Positions 12,117 through 26,939 are shown, numbered from the whole stretch's first letter. The stretch: DNA of 52,333 bases, filler included, from Reticulomyxa filosa (GCA_000512085.1; 13 parts of 13 records of this genome joined end to end with filler, not necessarily neighbours in it), one strand, 5' to 3'. Translations and numbers: made by a program. Notes: a model not told the origin generated them from the sequence alone.

Positions 12117-12834
12117 AATAATACAAAAAAACTCAAATCGATAAGATCATACTATTTATTTCACCTGACAAAAACAAACAAGAAACAAAAAAAAACTAAA
12201 TAAATAATAATCGAAGTTAAAAGGAGATGGAAATTGTTTTGTATTGATAGTAAAAAAACTGAAAATGACACGAATTCATGGCTGCTAATACTTTTGTTCC
12301 ACTTGAATAAATGTTTTGAGAACACGGTGATATAACTCGATTTTCTGTTCCTCAATAATTGCAAGTCCACAAAACCTTGTGATTTTTCCTTTTTTTGTTT
12401 TTTGTTTTGCCAAGGTTGTTGAAAGAACAGAAACAAACTATTCATATCTTAGGTTATGTTGCTTTTTTTATTTCAATTTGAAGTTTCAATTGGTGTCATA
12501 AACTATATTGTGCAAATTCCGTTGCATCACGAAAGTTTAAATCGAGGACAACTTTATTTCCCGAAAATTACATCTTAAAAATACTCAAAGAAGGCTGTTC
12601 ATTCCAGCAAAATTGGTGACTTCAGATTTGAACAGGTTGTGACATTTTGGAGGCCAACTTATACAAAACACAAAAATTAACTTCATCTAACAACTAAAAA
12701 ACAACAAATGATTATTTAATGTTTTTACAACTTTTCATATGATATCCCTTCGCCCTGAGTTAGATCGGATTTGCCAACAGTGATAGATGTGAGTTTGTGT
12801 ACCGTGCCAAAAAAAAGAGACAAGTCTCTTCTTT

Positions 12835-14932
12835 TTATACCTTGGTTTCCTCGAGTTGACGTTGATCAGTTTCCACTTTTTCGGTAAGCTGCAGATCATC
12901 TTGTCTACTTTCAATATAAACACCTCGTTCCATAGAGGTCGATGGAGACATACTGACAATCTCAATATTTTCTTGGATAGGCTGTTTTTCGTGTTTGGGG
13001 ATTTCATCTGGACCGTTAATTGATTTATTTGCATGAATATGATTTTCCAATTGCTTTTGGAAGCCAATAAACAGCATTTTGGTTTTGGTGTTAGTTTCAT
13101 AATAACGTTCTAATGTCACTTGACAATGATGACATAACCGATCGTAAGAACACCATCGAAGCGAAGGATTAAGAAATGGCTCGAATTTGGTGAAAGAAAA
13201 ATATATGCAATAACTATTAATCAGTGCGGTGAAGCAAGTGCAGAGCAAACCAATTTGAAAGGCATGAGAAACTGTCGGGATATTAACATTTACAAGTACT
13301 CCTAAAATAATGAATAATAAGAACGTGACAACGATTGCAATGCATTCCAGCACAGTATATCGTGCTATCACTCGAACCAACATTTTGTCATGTTCTAATA
13401 ACTCTGTGCCTTCAATAGCATCATTTACTGTATTGAACGTATGAGACAAATTTACATTATGGAACATGTTGGAATTGGAAGTTGACGATGGTCGTGATTT
13501 ATGGCCACCTGCAGACATGGGAGATACTTGATCACTTTAGTTTATATTTTTTGTTGGTGGATCATATGTACAAATATGCGTCATCAAACAAAACAAGCAA
13601 AATAAAAAGTGAACTTGTCCATGTTTGTGGGTGGCGACATATTTTCATCGATGGTTGGAATCATTTGTGGTGCACTCAAACTTCTTGCCTCTCTCAGTTT
13701 CAGAGTCACAAGCGAAGGTTTGCTGGCGCGACTAGGTTTTATTTTTTCCGTTTGCTTTTCATTACCAATGTTGTTATTGTAACTGAAACTTCTCGTCATT
13801 GGCGAAATCCCACTAGCAAACACGGACGAACTACGAATACTGTCACATCTCACGGTCAGCTTGGGCGGTACGATAACACTGCTTTTACGTGCATTATTAT
13901 CATTTTGGAATGCTTTGCCCGTTTTGTATTTGAGATTGACTGTTTCAGATTCTCGTTGTCGATTTGCAGAACTGTTTTTATTTGCTGCTTCGGCCGGGCC
14001 GGTATTAATTACTAAACACTCGCTTGCCATAATTATGTCACGTAGTTTTTTTACAAACAGTCCAATTATCACTGCACAAAAAAATACGTGCAAAAAATTG
14101 GCAAGCGCAAATGTACCCATCGCAATAAACTTTTCTTTCTTCGACATTTGCTTTGACCACAATGACATCCCTCCTAATATACATATCGCTATTGCAACAA
14201 CGAACAAAAGCAATACCCGAGTCGTGCCATTGCTCACTTTGTATGCTGTGTTTTCAAATGATGCATCTAATCGAGCTTTACAAAACAGTTATTTGTTTAT
14301 TTCGTTTGCTTGTTTTTCTTTTTTCCTTTCAATGCTGATCCAAGGAGTGAAAAATGAAAGTAAACATAAAAAAAAAATAAAAAAAAGGGATTTGCCAACG
14401 GTTTTTTTTAAAAAAAGTATTCTTTCCTTTCCCCTTTCCTCACCAATTTCATACCAATGAACAACAGATACATAGCGCAAACTCCTAAGCCCAAAAACGC
14501 TGAGATGACGTATACGTTGGTCAAATTCCCGCTTCCATTGTATTCCATTGAAATATACAGATACTCGATAACCGTACATTGGTAACATGTAACTGTAAAA
14601 AAAAACATTGCACATAATGCAGGAGCCCTGACTTTCCATGGAATTATATAAGACTCTTCGTTGTCGGTCGACTGCTGCTGGCTTAAGCGACGAAAATTGA
14701 CAAGTGTTTTGTAAGATAATCCTGTGACACTTAATGTCACCAATGTGGACAAAATCACATATAATAATCTCAAGCCAAAACTGTAATCCATTCCTTTGTT
14801 GATTATCTCATCTGCCCCTTCGTCCGAAAACTTGTAAGCTTTGCTTTTGAAAGGTCTTGGTGACCAATGGACAACATTTTGTAACAAATGCACTGCTGTT
14901 AAGCAGATTTGTTGAGAGTATTTGAATTGCAT
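12835..14932 (-). CDS. Seven-transmembrane GPCR-like protein with long third intracellular loop; exons 14932-14455, 14275-13615, 13534-12835
   Basis: GT-AG introns 14454-14276 and 13614-13535 splice in frame (YLLFI|ARLDASFENTAYK; MD|NDQVSPM). Seven hydrophobic segments with a long Ser-rich loop between TM5 and TM6. Confidence 0.65.
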
Positions 14933-15136
14933 TCATATGCGAAATGATAAAAAATGTATTCAATTAAAAAAAATTAATAATTTTATGTTTTTCTTTATAA
15001 AAACTAACCAACAACACAAAAAAAAAAAAAAAAACNNNNNNNNNNNNNNNNNNNNNNNNNNNNNNNNNNNNNNNNNNNNTTAATTAATTAANNNNNNNNN
15101 NNNNNNNNNNNNNNNNNNNNNNNNNNNNNNNNNNNG

Positions 15137-15254
15137 CATAGACAGGAAAGCATAGACAGGAACAACATAGACAGGAACAACATAGACAGGAACAGCATAG
15201 ACAGGAACAGCATAGACAGGAAAGCATAGACAGGAACAACATAGACAGGAACAT
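15137..15254 (+). repeat. Tandem minisatellite, 8 copies of 14-15-bp CATAGACAGGAA(C)A(A/G/T)
   Basis: Units start at 15137, 15151, 15166, 15181, 15196, 15211, 15225, 15240; no unique spacers. Confidence 0.9.
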
Positions 15255-15689
15255 ATTCTATTTTTCATTCCATTTCCAAATATTTTCATTCTTATTCTTA
15301 TTCTTATTCTTATTCCTATTTTCATCCACACCACAATAACTAAAAAACACAAAAAAATATTTATATCACACAAAGATATATTTTTGTTTGTTAGTGATAT
15401 TGTTTTTCGATTTTCCGCCGTTTCATGAAAGCCAGGCAATCTGTGAGTACACACTAAAATATTTTCTTGAATATTTGTAAATAAATTCATCTACATAACG
15501 TATTGCTGCTGTTGTTACATTTCATTATATATTGTTTTTTTTCTTAATTCTTTGAATATTTCTTCAATTTTATTTCATAATTGTTATGTTTCACAATCTA
15601 AATTATCGTTTATTTTATTTTTTTTTTCATTTGTACAAATTTATCAATATGGCCATTCATTTGTCCAAAATAAATATAAATGAATAATA

Positions 15690-16822
15690 TCAATTATTTC
15701 TTTATTGATTTCTTTCATTTGTAAAGCTTGAGAAATGATTCGCTTTTCATTTAATCTGTTATAATACTTTGATAATGAAATATAAACTGGAATGAGTCTT
15801 CATATATGATTCCCACTTGCTTTTGTTGTTGTTGATTTTTTTTCTCCTCTTTTTTTTCTGACATCAAATCGACTATATGTTGATGGACAATTATTTGTTT
15901 GTAATGGAATATATGTTTCAAGTGCTTGTGACATAGTTATATCTTCTTCTAATTCTTACATCTTTTAATAATGATATAACATAATATATTTCTTAAAGTA
16001 TTCAAATAAAATTACATAAATAGCTTTGCTCTTCATTTCTTTTGGATTGAATTTACAAATATACAAATTTAATATGATATTATTTGTGGCATTGATTTCA
16101 TCTTCATACTCGAGTTTTGAATGTGAATATGATTTGTAATGATTTGCAATTTTTTTAATTTCTTTCATATCAATCAATTCACAAATTAAATTATTAATTT
16201 TGGTTAGTGTTCAATCACTTGCTTCTATTTGATTATTCGGTTTCCATGCCCGAATGTGCTCATAAAATAAATGAATTAATTTTGGATTTTCAATTACAAT
16301 GTTGTAAAATTCTTCAATATTTCTTGCGCTTTGATTGTTTATTAAAGAAATCTTTATCCCCAGATACAAGCAAATTGAGTTGTTCGACCTTCTTCATCAT
16401 TGCAATCGCGGTTTGTAATTTGGTTGAATTGCTACATAAAATTGTAAATCTTTCAATGTCAAATGTTTGATTAAGATCTGCTTGAATCTTTTTCAATAAT
16501 CTTTCATTTCCTTTTAAACTTGATGGTTTTACAACGGTAATTTCGCATTTTTGTAAATTTTTAATTTTGATGCTATCCATTGCATTTTCACTTCATTCAA
16601 TGATCTTTGCATGTTGTCTTATTTATAAGATAATCCAGATGTAATTGTATATGAGCATTGATAATTATTATCTTTCGTAGGTATTGAATCTTTACTTGCA
16701 CAAATTGTATATTCAGAATTATATAAGTATAGAATACTGCTTTAATAATAGATATGATGACCAAAAGATGTCTCTTCTAAAATGAAAATCCAATATTCAT
16801 CCATTTCATTATTACAATATTC
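15690..16822 (-). pseudogene. Decayed intronless ORF remnant (possible repeat-family or mobile-element fragment)
   Basis: Protein-like segments (MDSIKIKNLQKCEI..., NIEEFYNIVIENPKLIHLFYEHIRAWKP, EEDITMSQALETYIPL) interrupted by true stop codons and frameshifts, in very AT-rich DNA next to a minisatellite. Confidence 0.4.
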
Positions 16823-16960
16823 NNNNNNNNNNNNNNNNNNNNNNNNNNNNNNNNNNNNNNNNNNNNTTAATTAATTAANNNNNNNNNNNNNNNNNNNNNN
16901 NNNNNNNNNNNNNNNNNNNNNNTAAAAAAAAAAAAAAAAAGGAATGAAGAAACGAAACTA

Positions 16961-17366
16961 AGTCGGCCAATGGCTTCAAATTCTTCTCCAATTCGCTCAC
17001 TTCTTCTTTCAATCGCAAGTATTTTTGCAATGGGTGTTCAAATTTTATTTCAGCTGCACTATTGCTACTTGTCTCGGTCGCTTGCTGTGATTCTGTTACG
17101 CTTGACTGTGGCTGTGATACGTCTACCACATGGCCTGAAAACTTTCGAACGCTGGGGTTGGCTCCACCTTCTCTTCTTCAAACTCCTCTGCTGCTTTCTT
17201 GTCTCCATTTGCGCTGTTGTCTTTTACTTCTATTGGTTCTTCTTTTTTGTCTTCATCAGTATCTTCATAGATCTAACAACAAACCATTACTTCCAAATGT
17301 CAACATTTTCTACACAACATAGCCCACCCAACATACCTCTCCTTCGAAAGGACGTTCTGTCGTCAT
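16961..17366 (-). CDS. DCTN2: Dynactin subunit 2 (dynamitin/p50), N-terminal part; exons 17366-17337 and 17272-~16961; 1-nt frameshift at ~17140
   Basis: MTTERPFEGE|IYEDTD..., PAFE(K)FSGHVVD (cf. AAYDKFKDKRV) and EHPLQKYLRLKEEVSEL (cf. ETPQQKYQRLLHEVQEL); intron GTATGT...TTAG 17336-17273. Confidence 0.75.
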
Positions 17367-18506
17367 GGCTACAAATGCTTTTTTTTAAAAAAAAAAAATT
17401 ATTTTTGCTTTCTCCCAGCGACTTTTTAAAAAATTTTCACGAAATAAGAATATGTTTCATTTCGGAATTTTTAAAAGATTTCACAAAAACAGTGTTCAAA
17501 ACTTTTAAAAAGGTATGCATTGCATTTATTTTGCGTAATAAAAATTGTTTTATGGAACCAAATTAAAAAATAGTGCGTGAGAAAACTATGGTCATTTGAA
17601 AAAAGCCAATGAAATTGAAAAAGAAAAGAGGAAAAATCCCCCAAACCTCCAAAAGCATTTTTTCCCACATTGCTCATAACAAACTTTTGGAACACAATTT
17701 TAGCTTTGAGCGATTTCGTTGGTGGCCTTTTCCATAACGCAATTATGTGTTACACTTTCACAAAAGAATCCATTTCACACGCCAATTGACGACCCCAAAA
17801 AGAAATGACACACTTCCCTTATTCATTTTAATGCAAAAAAAAAATCTTTTCGCGGAATATCGCCATTTCTATTCACATTCACAGCATTCGGAATAATTTA
17901 AAATTCAAAAAAACAGGCAAAAAAAACTTACAATTGCATGCGACATTGCCCCGTTTTGGTTCAATTGAGCTCATCCCTTTCTTGCTTTTCTCTGTCTTTT
18001 TCTTTTTCTCATTCTTTTCTTTTTCCATTTGCCTCGCACTGTTGTAGTTCAAAACCATGTTAAAAAAAACTTTTCCAAACAAAAAAAACAACAAACTTGA
18101 ATGTCTATGCGCTTTCATCTCTTCTTTTTAGTGTGCTTGTTTCTCTTTGATCTGTCTATGCAGAATAAAGGCTTTCTTGGGTTAGAAGATTCAAAATTTG
18201 GGGAGACCCCAAAAACGCACAGGTCAACGTTTTTTTATTTTAGACCTGAACGAGTACCAAAAATTTTTAAAAATTAATAAAATTAGTTGATACGTTTTTC
18301 TGTTATAAAAATGAGTATACGTTATGTTGTTTCAAAATTTTATTATATGTGATTCTTTTCAAATGTATTTAATTACGAATGCTTACATTTTTTGTAAAAG
18401 AAAGCAAGTGTTCCACTAAATTATTTTATTTTCCAAGTCCGAAAAGTGAGCGATTGAAATCCCAGAGGATTGAGCAAGCGATTGATTTTGCGACAAAATA
18501 GAGGCC

Positions 18507-19150
18507 ATGGAAAGACCGCAAAAATCGAATCGGCCCAATCCAGTGGGCAAAGCTGGACTATTTGATACAAATAATCAAGCCCGAGCGAAGATGATAGAAG
18601 AGCTAAACATGAGTTTGAAAAGACAAGCCCGGACAGCAGACGCAGCCCGAAAGGACGAAAATAATGGCAACAGCAGCAATGGCAGAAGTAGTATGAGTTC
18701 AAGTAAGAAAAACCAACTGTCAAAATTCGAGAGCAATGTTGAAGCAAGTGGTGTAAGCGCGAATTCAGAGATCGACACGACGAGCATATCATTTAAAAAA
18801 AAGCAAGTAAAAGACGTGACGAAAGCAAAGATGGGAAAGAGCACGGAGGGTATCCAGCGTCCGTTGCCGCCACTTCCGCAAAGGCCATTGAACAGCAGTC
18901 TTAACAGCCACATAGCAAACAATGACAGTAGTAAGAAAAGCAGATTTAGTGTACCCCCGTTGGAACCAGAAAACAGTGACAACCCCAATGGTAAAAAAGT
19001 TGAAAAGTCCTCCTTCGTTAATGATCAGCCGGACTATTACGAAGATAGCGTCAGTCAAACCTTGGACGAAAAAAAAGAGTCAAGTTCGACGAGATATGTT
19101 AATTCCAAGTCGTCTTCTGAGAATGATCAACGACAAGCTCAAAATCCTAG
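18507..19150 (+). CDS. Hypothetical disordered protein, first exon (3' truncated)
   Basis: ATG 18507 opens a >200-codon Ser/Asn/Lys-rich frame with a Pro-rich RPLPPLPQRP motif; ends in a poly-T intron at the contig end. Confidence 0.55.
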
Positions 19151-19372
19151 TTATTTTTTTTTTTTTTTTTTTTNNNNNNNNNNNNNNNNNNNNNNNNNNN
19201 NNNNNNNNNNNNNNNNNTTAATTAATTAANNNNNNNNNNNNNNNNNNNNNNNNNNNNNNNNNNNNNNNNNNNNTTATTATTATTATTATTTATTGTCATT
19301 GTCATTGCTGTCATTTCATTCATTAATTCATTAATTTCAGCGTTTTGTTGATTGATTGAATTGCTTATGTAG

Positions 19373-20483
<1,111 letters not shown>

Positions 20484-21140
20484 ACTGTTAGCAAACACCC
20501 ATTTTTCCTAGGCTACATTTTTTTTTAATTATTTGGTTGACACATAATGGGTTGCAGTCGTGTTAAAGAGAAAAAAAAACCTTTTTTCGTGGCTGGGCTT
20601 GGCGTTCAAAGACGACCGATGCAAATTTTTTTTTTTTTGTGGTGACAAACAATCGCAACTTAAGTATCGCCCATGTAGATGTTTTCATTTTCAGCGTCAA
20701 AAATTGAGATGTGTTTTATTTGCCAATCCCACACTTGCGCTTTTATAAGACATTTGATGCCAAATCTTATTAAAAAAGTTTTCAAACAAATAAGGATAGT
20801 ACAATATGCGACCAATTCATTCAATGTTGATATTTTTAATCCTCAATTTATTGAGAAATAAAGGTTGTTAATTTTGGCAAAAAAGTTCGACCGAACAGCA
20901 TATGAAATATAATTGAAATTTCTAATATGACAAAAATTAATATTTTAACGAGCCAACTCAAAACTCTTGAAGGAGCAAGTCCAAAAACAAAAAAAAGAAA
21001 AAAAAAAAGAAGCTGAGAGAAATAGTTTGAACAGAGAGCAAGAAGCTTGGAAAAAAAGCAAAGTTTCAAATTTTGTAAAAACATCAACAAAAAAAGTGTT
21101 TTGATTCCAATCAAATCAAAATAAAAAACAAATAAACAAA

Positions 21141-22317
21141 CTATTCTACATCAATTTTTCTTTGCTTCTTATGAGGACGTCTTTTCTTTTTGGGAGGTTT
21201 AGGAGTATCAAAGGAAACCTTGTCATCAAAAATAGGGAAGACGTGATAATCAAGGAATTCATAATTCAATTCGCTTTTTTCGGCCAATTCTACTTTGCCT
21301 TCAAAGGTAAGTTGTGCCTGCGTGCAAAAATCGACAAAGCAATGTTTGGAAGTGGAATAGGAGAACTTGAGCGCACGTTCACAATTTTCCGGACAATAAA
21401 AAGCAAAGACGCGAACAGTGGATGCGCGTGGCACTTTGTCGTCTTTCCGCGAGCGCGTATGCCAAAAGATGAAATAGCGCGGTTCATTGTCGGGTAACAA
21501 ATCTCGAATGCCCAAAAGGGTGTCGTCTTTATATTCTTCGGCGAGCAGTGTGGTCCTATCTTCAGACAGTTTGAACAGTGCCAATTTGGACTCGTTCTTC
21601 GCAAGCTTGGCCACACACGTTTGCGCACTGGGCGACATCTCCACTGCCAATCGTTGAATTATCGGCGCTTGCGCAAACTTGGGTGCCGTCATGTCGAGTC
21701 CACTTTGCACGGAAACGGGTTGCATGTTCACATCCGTTGCCATTGCTGACTCATCATTCCAAATGCGTTGCTGTTTCAATCGTTTTACATTGCAATCTTC
21801 TCTCGTGCTCACGTAGTAGTCGCTGCTGAACAGAGACTGTCCCAAAAATCCTTTCAACGTCGCGCGAGACGACGCATATACCATCTTCTGCTTTATCGAA
21901 CTTTGGTCCGGTGCCCAGTGCATGAGCACAAACATTCGCTCGTATTCAGGATCCTTCACCACAAAGTAACTGTGCTTTCCTTCTTCCAATTGTGTGCTTA
22001 TCTTCTCCCAATCTTTTACTTCGTCTCCTTGTGATTGCTCTTCGTTCTTCAACTCAAACTCATTTTTTTCTTTTTTTTTTTTTTTGATTGATTGATTGGT
22101 TGAGTTTGTTTAAACATTTTTTTTTTCTCTCCCCCACTCCTGTCCCCGCCCTCTTTCCTTCCCTTTTTTTCATCGAACACACTTTTTAGGTCAAACAAAA
22201 GAATTATAAACCTAAGTCAATCGTTATCTTCAGAAAACCAAAATCTGGATTTTTTTGGGCCTGCTTAAAAGCCTTTATCAACGCTTCATTGCTTGATATC
22301 ACTGTTTTCAAAGACAT
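21141..22317 (-). CDS. TWF: Twinfilin (two ADF-H domains plus basic tail), ~344 aa; exons 22317-22212 and 22069-21141
   Basis: WAPDQSSIKQKMVYASSRATLK, LPDNEPRY, FYCPENC..KFSYSTSK, tail SFDTPKPPKKKRR; intron 22211-22070 splices in frame. Confidence 0.88.
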
Positions 22318-22713
22318 GCTTACTTTGATATATCACAAGTTTTTTTTTTATAAAAAAAATGGAAGAGAGAGACTCCTTTCACTTTCTTCAACAAACAACG
22401 CTGTTTTGCTAGCAGGCGCAATAAAAAAATCTCCTTTATTTTCTTTGCATGCAAAAAAAATATAGGAACTCTTATAAAATAGAGTTTTAGGCGTACTGTC
22501 TGTTGTAATGTTGTAATTTCATACTTTTTTCTGAGTGTTGACCATAATCTTGTTCAGCTCTTTTGCTTAATATCAAAAAATAGAATTTAGTGAAGATAAA
22601 TCAATTTCGTTTCATCAAACCAGTTTCACACTTTTAAATTCAGTTAGAAAAAGAACCACTTTTTCAAATATAATTGCAGCTAAAGAACTATCAGGTCCTT
22701 TATCTAAAATAAA

Positions 22714-25032
22714 ATGAATATAACCGATAGCGACTCAGAGAAAAACGTAGATCCAAGTGACGCGACTGCTTTTCAAATGTTGGCCTTGCTCCCCTCTGCA
22801 CTTCAGCGTGGACAGTGTGTGATGCACAACAACGAGATTCTGATATGCGGAGGATATTGGAACAATGAGTGTTACTCATATCATACAATTAAGAATAAGT
22901 ACAAAGTGATCTGCTCATATCCAATCGAGGTAACGCTGTCCAGCCATTGCGTAGTTAAGCTTCGAAGCAACGACAATTCAAGTGATATCACATTGCTATC
23001 TTTTGGCGGAGAATATAGGCATACATTGATAATGAAATATAGGAGCGTTTGGGATGACAACAAAGAGAAGAAAGAAGAGTATAATGAATGGATTTCTTTC
23101 CTCGACAATGATTACGAGCCAGTGTATATTGAAGATCATGGAGAAAAGTATGAGGGAGTTCGCGCAGTGGTGGGCGGAAGTAATAACAATTTGTTATTTT
23201 TAACGTATCCGCCAAACGACATTGCAGTGTTTAATTTGAATACATTTCGATATGTGAAACAGGATATTTTGCCAAGTGATAATTGGATATCGAATCATTG
23301 TTTTGTATCCATTACCGATCCCAATGCAAATTCAAGGAAAACTGAAATGATATTATTTTGTGAAGATGTGGGGTTTGCAATTGAATATGATGAAAATAAT
23401 AATACTTTTCAATTTCAAACGTTACGTGTTTGCTCAATGCTGCGACCATTTCTTGCTTATGCTTATGTGGTCGTTGATGATGCCATTGTATTCTTTGGTG
23501 GATTGCATCAAAAGAAAGTCGAATGGGACCTTTCCAAGGATATATACAGATATTCCATACGCAGAAATACATGGAAGAAATTTGAATGGAGTTTACCACT
23601 TCCATTGGGATCTTCCTTTGCTGTTGCAAATAAAGAGCATCAATGCATCCACATCCTTGGCGGCTGTGATACCAATCAAAATGTCTTGTTCCTGCATCTA
23701 AAGATAGACTTCCACAGATTCGTACAAGATGACACACATACCGAACAACAATGGATCGTGGAAGAAGAAGAAAGGAGAGTCATTGAAGAGATCAACGCAG
23801 AAACTGATAACATGAATCGAGGGTACAATCTGAACAAATTGAAAGTTATGTGCAATTACTCTATTTTTGCCCACAGTTATCTCAAAAAAAAAAAAGAAAA
23901 AGTTACTCTGTCATCAAATACACACACACATATATATAGAGAAAAACCGAAATTGAAATGATAATTATACATTGGAATCGATTATCAGGCATCAAGAAAG
24001 GGTGGATTGATGAATTCGACAAAATTATTTGTCACTATCTATTGGTATACATATATATATACACATATACGTGTATATATTATTGTTTTTATTTGATTTG
24101 TAATTTATGAAAGAATATACTCAAATTTCATCTTGAAATAGATGAGATATTTCAAGCAGTTTCGAGTTTTCTATTTGTATTCGAAGAGCGTGACAAGTGC
24201 GCAATTTTCGCCAGATGGTACAAAGATTGTTTCATCTTCGAACGATGGGGTAATTCGAATATGGGATTTCGGGTCGGGCAAGATGGTTCAAATTTTGGAA
24301 GGACATAACGCTACAGTAGAAAATGCGCAATTTTCACCGAAGGGTGATATGATACTGTCATATTCATATGATAAGACAATGCGATTGTGGGATGTCAAAT
24401 CGGGCAAAGAAATACGAAAAATAGAAGGGCAGGCATGGACGTCATTAAGTGCTCAATTTTCGCCGGATGGTCTGACTTTTGTATCCTCATTCTATGATAA
24501 CTCAATTCGTCTGTGGGATGTAAATTCTGGAAAAGAGATCAAAAAAATGGAAGGGCATGCCAATTTGATAAAGAGTGTCGCGTATTCACCAGATGGACAG
24601 TATATTGTATCGTCATCTAGTGATGAAAGCGTTATTATTTGGAATGCAGAGTCAGGTGAAGTTGTGTATCAATTGTGTGGACATTCGGCCATTGTAATGA
24701 AAGCAAAATTTTCTTCAGATGGTTCATATATTGTGTCATGTTCAAAAGATAAAACAATTCGAATTTGGAATGCCAAATTAGGAACTGAACTGAAAAAATT
24801 GCAAGGCCATTCGTCAGGCGTAAATGACGTTCAATTTTTTCCAGATGGGCAAACTATTGTATCATGTTCAGACGACAAAACAGTTCGATTGTGGGACTTA
24901 AAATTGGGAATACAAACACAAATATTGCATTTTCATTCTGATTATGTAACGCGAATTGATATTTCACCAAACGGGCATACTATTATTTCATCTTCCAATG
25001 ATGGAACAATTCGACTTTGGTCGCTGTTATAA
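22714..25032 (+). CDS. Kelch-like propeller plus WD40-repeat protein, ~708 aa; exons 22714-23844, 23940-24044, 24142-25032
   Basis: EILICGG, LLSFGG, IVFFGG, IHILGG Kelch blades; linker IHWNRLSGIKKGWIDEFDKIICHY; seven regular WD40 repeats (GH....FSPDG..IVS.S.D.TIRLWD); both introns GT-AG and in frame. Confidence 0.9.
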
Positions 25033-26939
25033 CAAATGTACGCTCAAACAAAATAAAGCGCTTGAACAGACGAAATCATTCATTTATTAATTTTTTGTTA
25101 GTTTTGATCAAATAATTTCAAGGTATCTTTAAAAACTCTTTCTCTACAAATAGCCAGCTATTTAAAAAAAAAGACTGGAAAAACACGAAAAAAAATTAAA
25201 CAAGAAAAAATGGATGCTCGTTTGTGTTTCACAAGCTTGTTCAGGATGTTCGTAATTAAACATTGTCAAGCCTATACTAAAACGGAAATGCCGATCATTG
25301 AAATTTTTGCTGTTTTTTTGATTAAATACACACAAACTCTTTCATCGCTCTCAACGTCAAAATCTTTGATTGCTGCTTGGCAAATCATTCGAATGCTCAT
25401 AAAAAAATTAAGCCTTTTTGTGACAATTTATAGTTCCTGACAACATTTTGTCAAGATGGATAATACAATTGGATAAATTGAAAAGAATGATAATATTTTA
25501 TGTATCTTAAATACGTATGAATTTTTTGTTTAAACAAAACAGATGACTATTAAATCTGTTTATATTTGACATGTTTGAAAAAATATTTTGTTGAACTGGC
25601 ACTCAAATGCCTTATATTTATAAATCGTTCTGCATTGATGAATTAATAATTTTTGATTATTACTTGCCCGTTTTGACATTCGCATCACAAATATACAAAA
25701 TCGTCTACTGAAAAAATTGCTCAAATATATTGGCAAAGTCATATCTTGATGACAATATGAAAAATATACTGTATGATGTTTATAAAGTGATCTCATTGCT
25801 ATGTATCTGTAGCAACATCAGAAACACATAGTCATAATATACTCAAGATTATGTCAATCTTTTTTTTTTCTACTTACTATCTTTATCCACCTTTCCACTG
25901 TTTTAAACAGATAAGAGAAAAAAATATATATATTTTTTTTTTTCTTAAAAAAAAAATCAACATAGAGTCAAACATTGATAAAAAAAAAATAGCTAAAATT
26001 GAGCATGAAAAGATGCTTATATCCTGATTGCGTTGGTGTTATTACTGCTGCTATCTTCTGGATGACGAAGACTACGACGATGATTGTGCTGTATTTGATG
26101 TATATGTGATATGATAATGAAGTCTTATATATAATGTAAATGAGTGGGATATAGTGATGATGAAGTATTAATAAGATAATGTAGAGCTTGCACTATCGTG
26201 CATAACTCAGCCGTTATAAGTCTCGTCCAAAGAGAAATACTGTATAGAGGTGGCGCTAAGCATCATGAATCTCCCGAAGATAAAAAGGACATTGATATGT
26301 AGTCTTGAGTATGCGGAAGCAATATCATTACAAAACTTTAAAAATGAAAAAAAAAGTAAAGCCAATTAGATTTATTCGGAATGACGATATAAGTCTCCAG
26401 CATTACATATATATGACAGTATATAGATATATTGATTCTTCAAGCCTTCAGCATTAACATATATTTAAAGTGCGACTGTTGATAGGTATGTCAGCAGATA
26501 CAATTCTACTGGCGCGCATGATGTTGATGTGTAGTTGAGTCCAACTCACTACAAAGTCTACTTAGTTCAAATAATATGATAAATCCCTTTATATCTTTCT
26601 ATGTTCGCACATGCATCTTTATTTATCTACGCTAATACTTCTCATACGATCGAACATCGTTTCGTCTTCATTTTCGTGTCTTCGTATCTTCGTCGTTGGA
26701 GTAATGTGAATACTTATTATATTGTCGATTCATATTGCAATGATTNNNNNNNNNNNNNNNNNNNNNNNNNNNNNNNNNNNNNNNNNNNNTTAATTAATTA
26801 ANNNNNNNNNNNNNNNNNNNNNNNNNNNNNNNNNNNNNNNNNNNNAAAAAAAAAAAAAAAGACAAAAAAAAAAAAAAAAAAAAAGCCACCATTAAATTTT
26901 TTTTTTGTTTATAAGTATATATACATATATGATATGTAT

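Noticed and set aside
15137-15254. Possible CRISPR-like array
   Set aside because: Units are directly adjacent with no unique spacers, only 14-15 bp long, in eukaryotic context with no cas genes.
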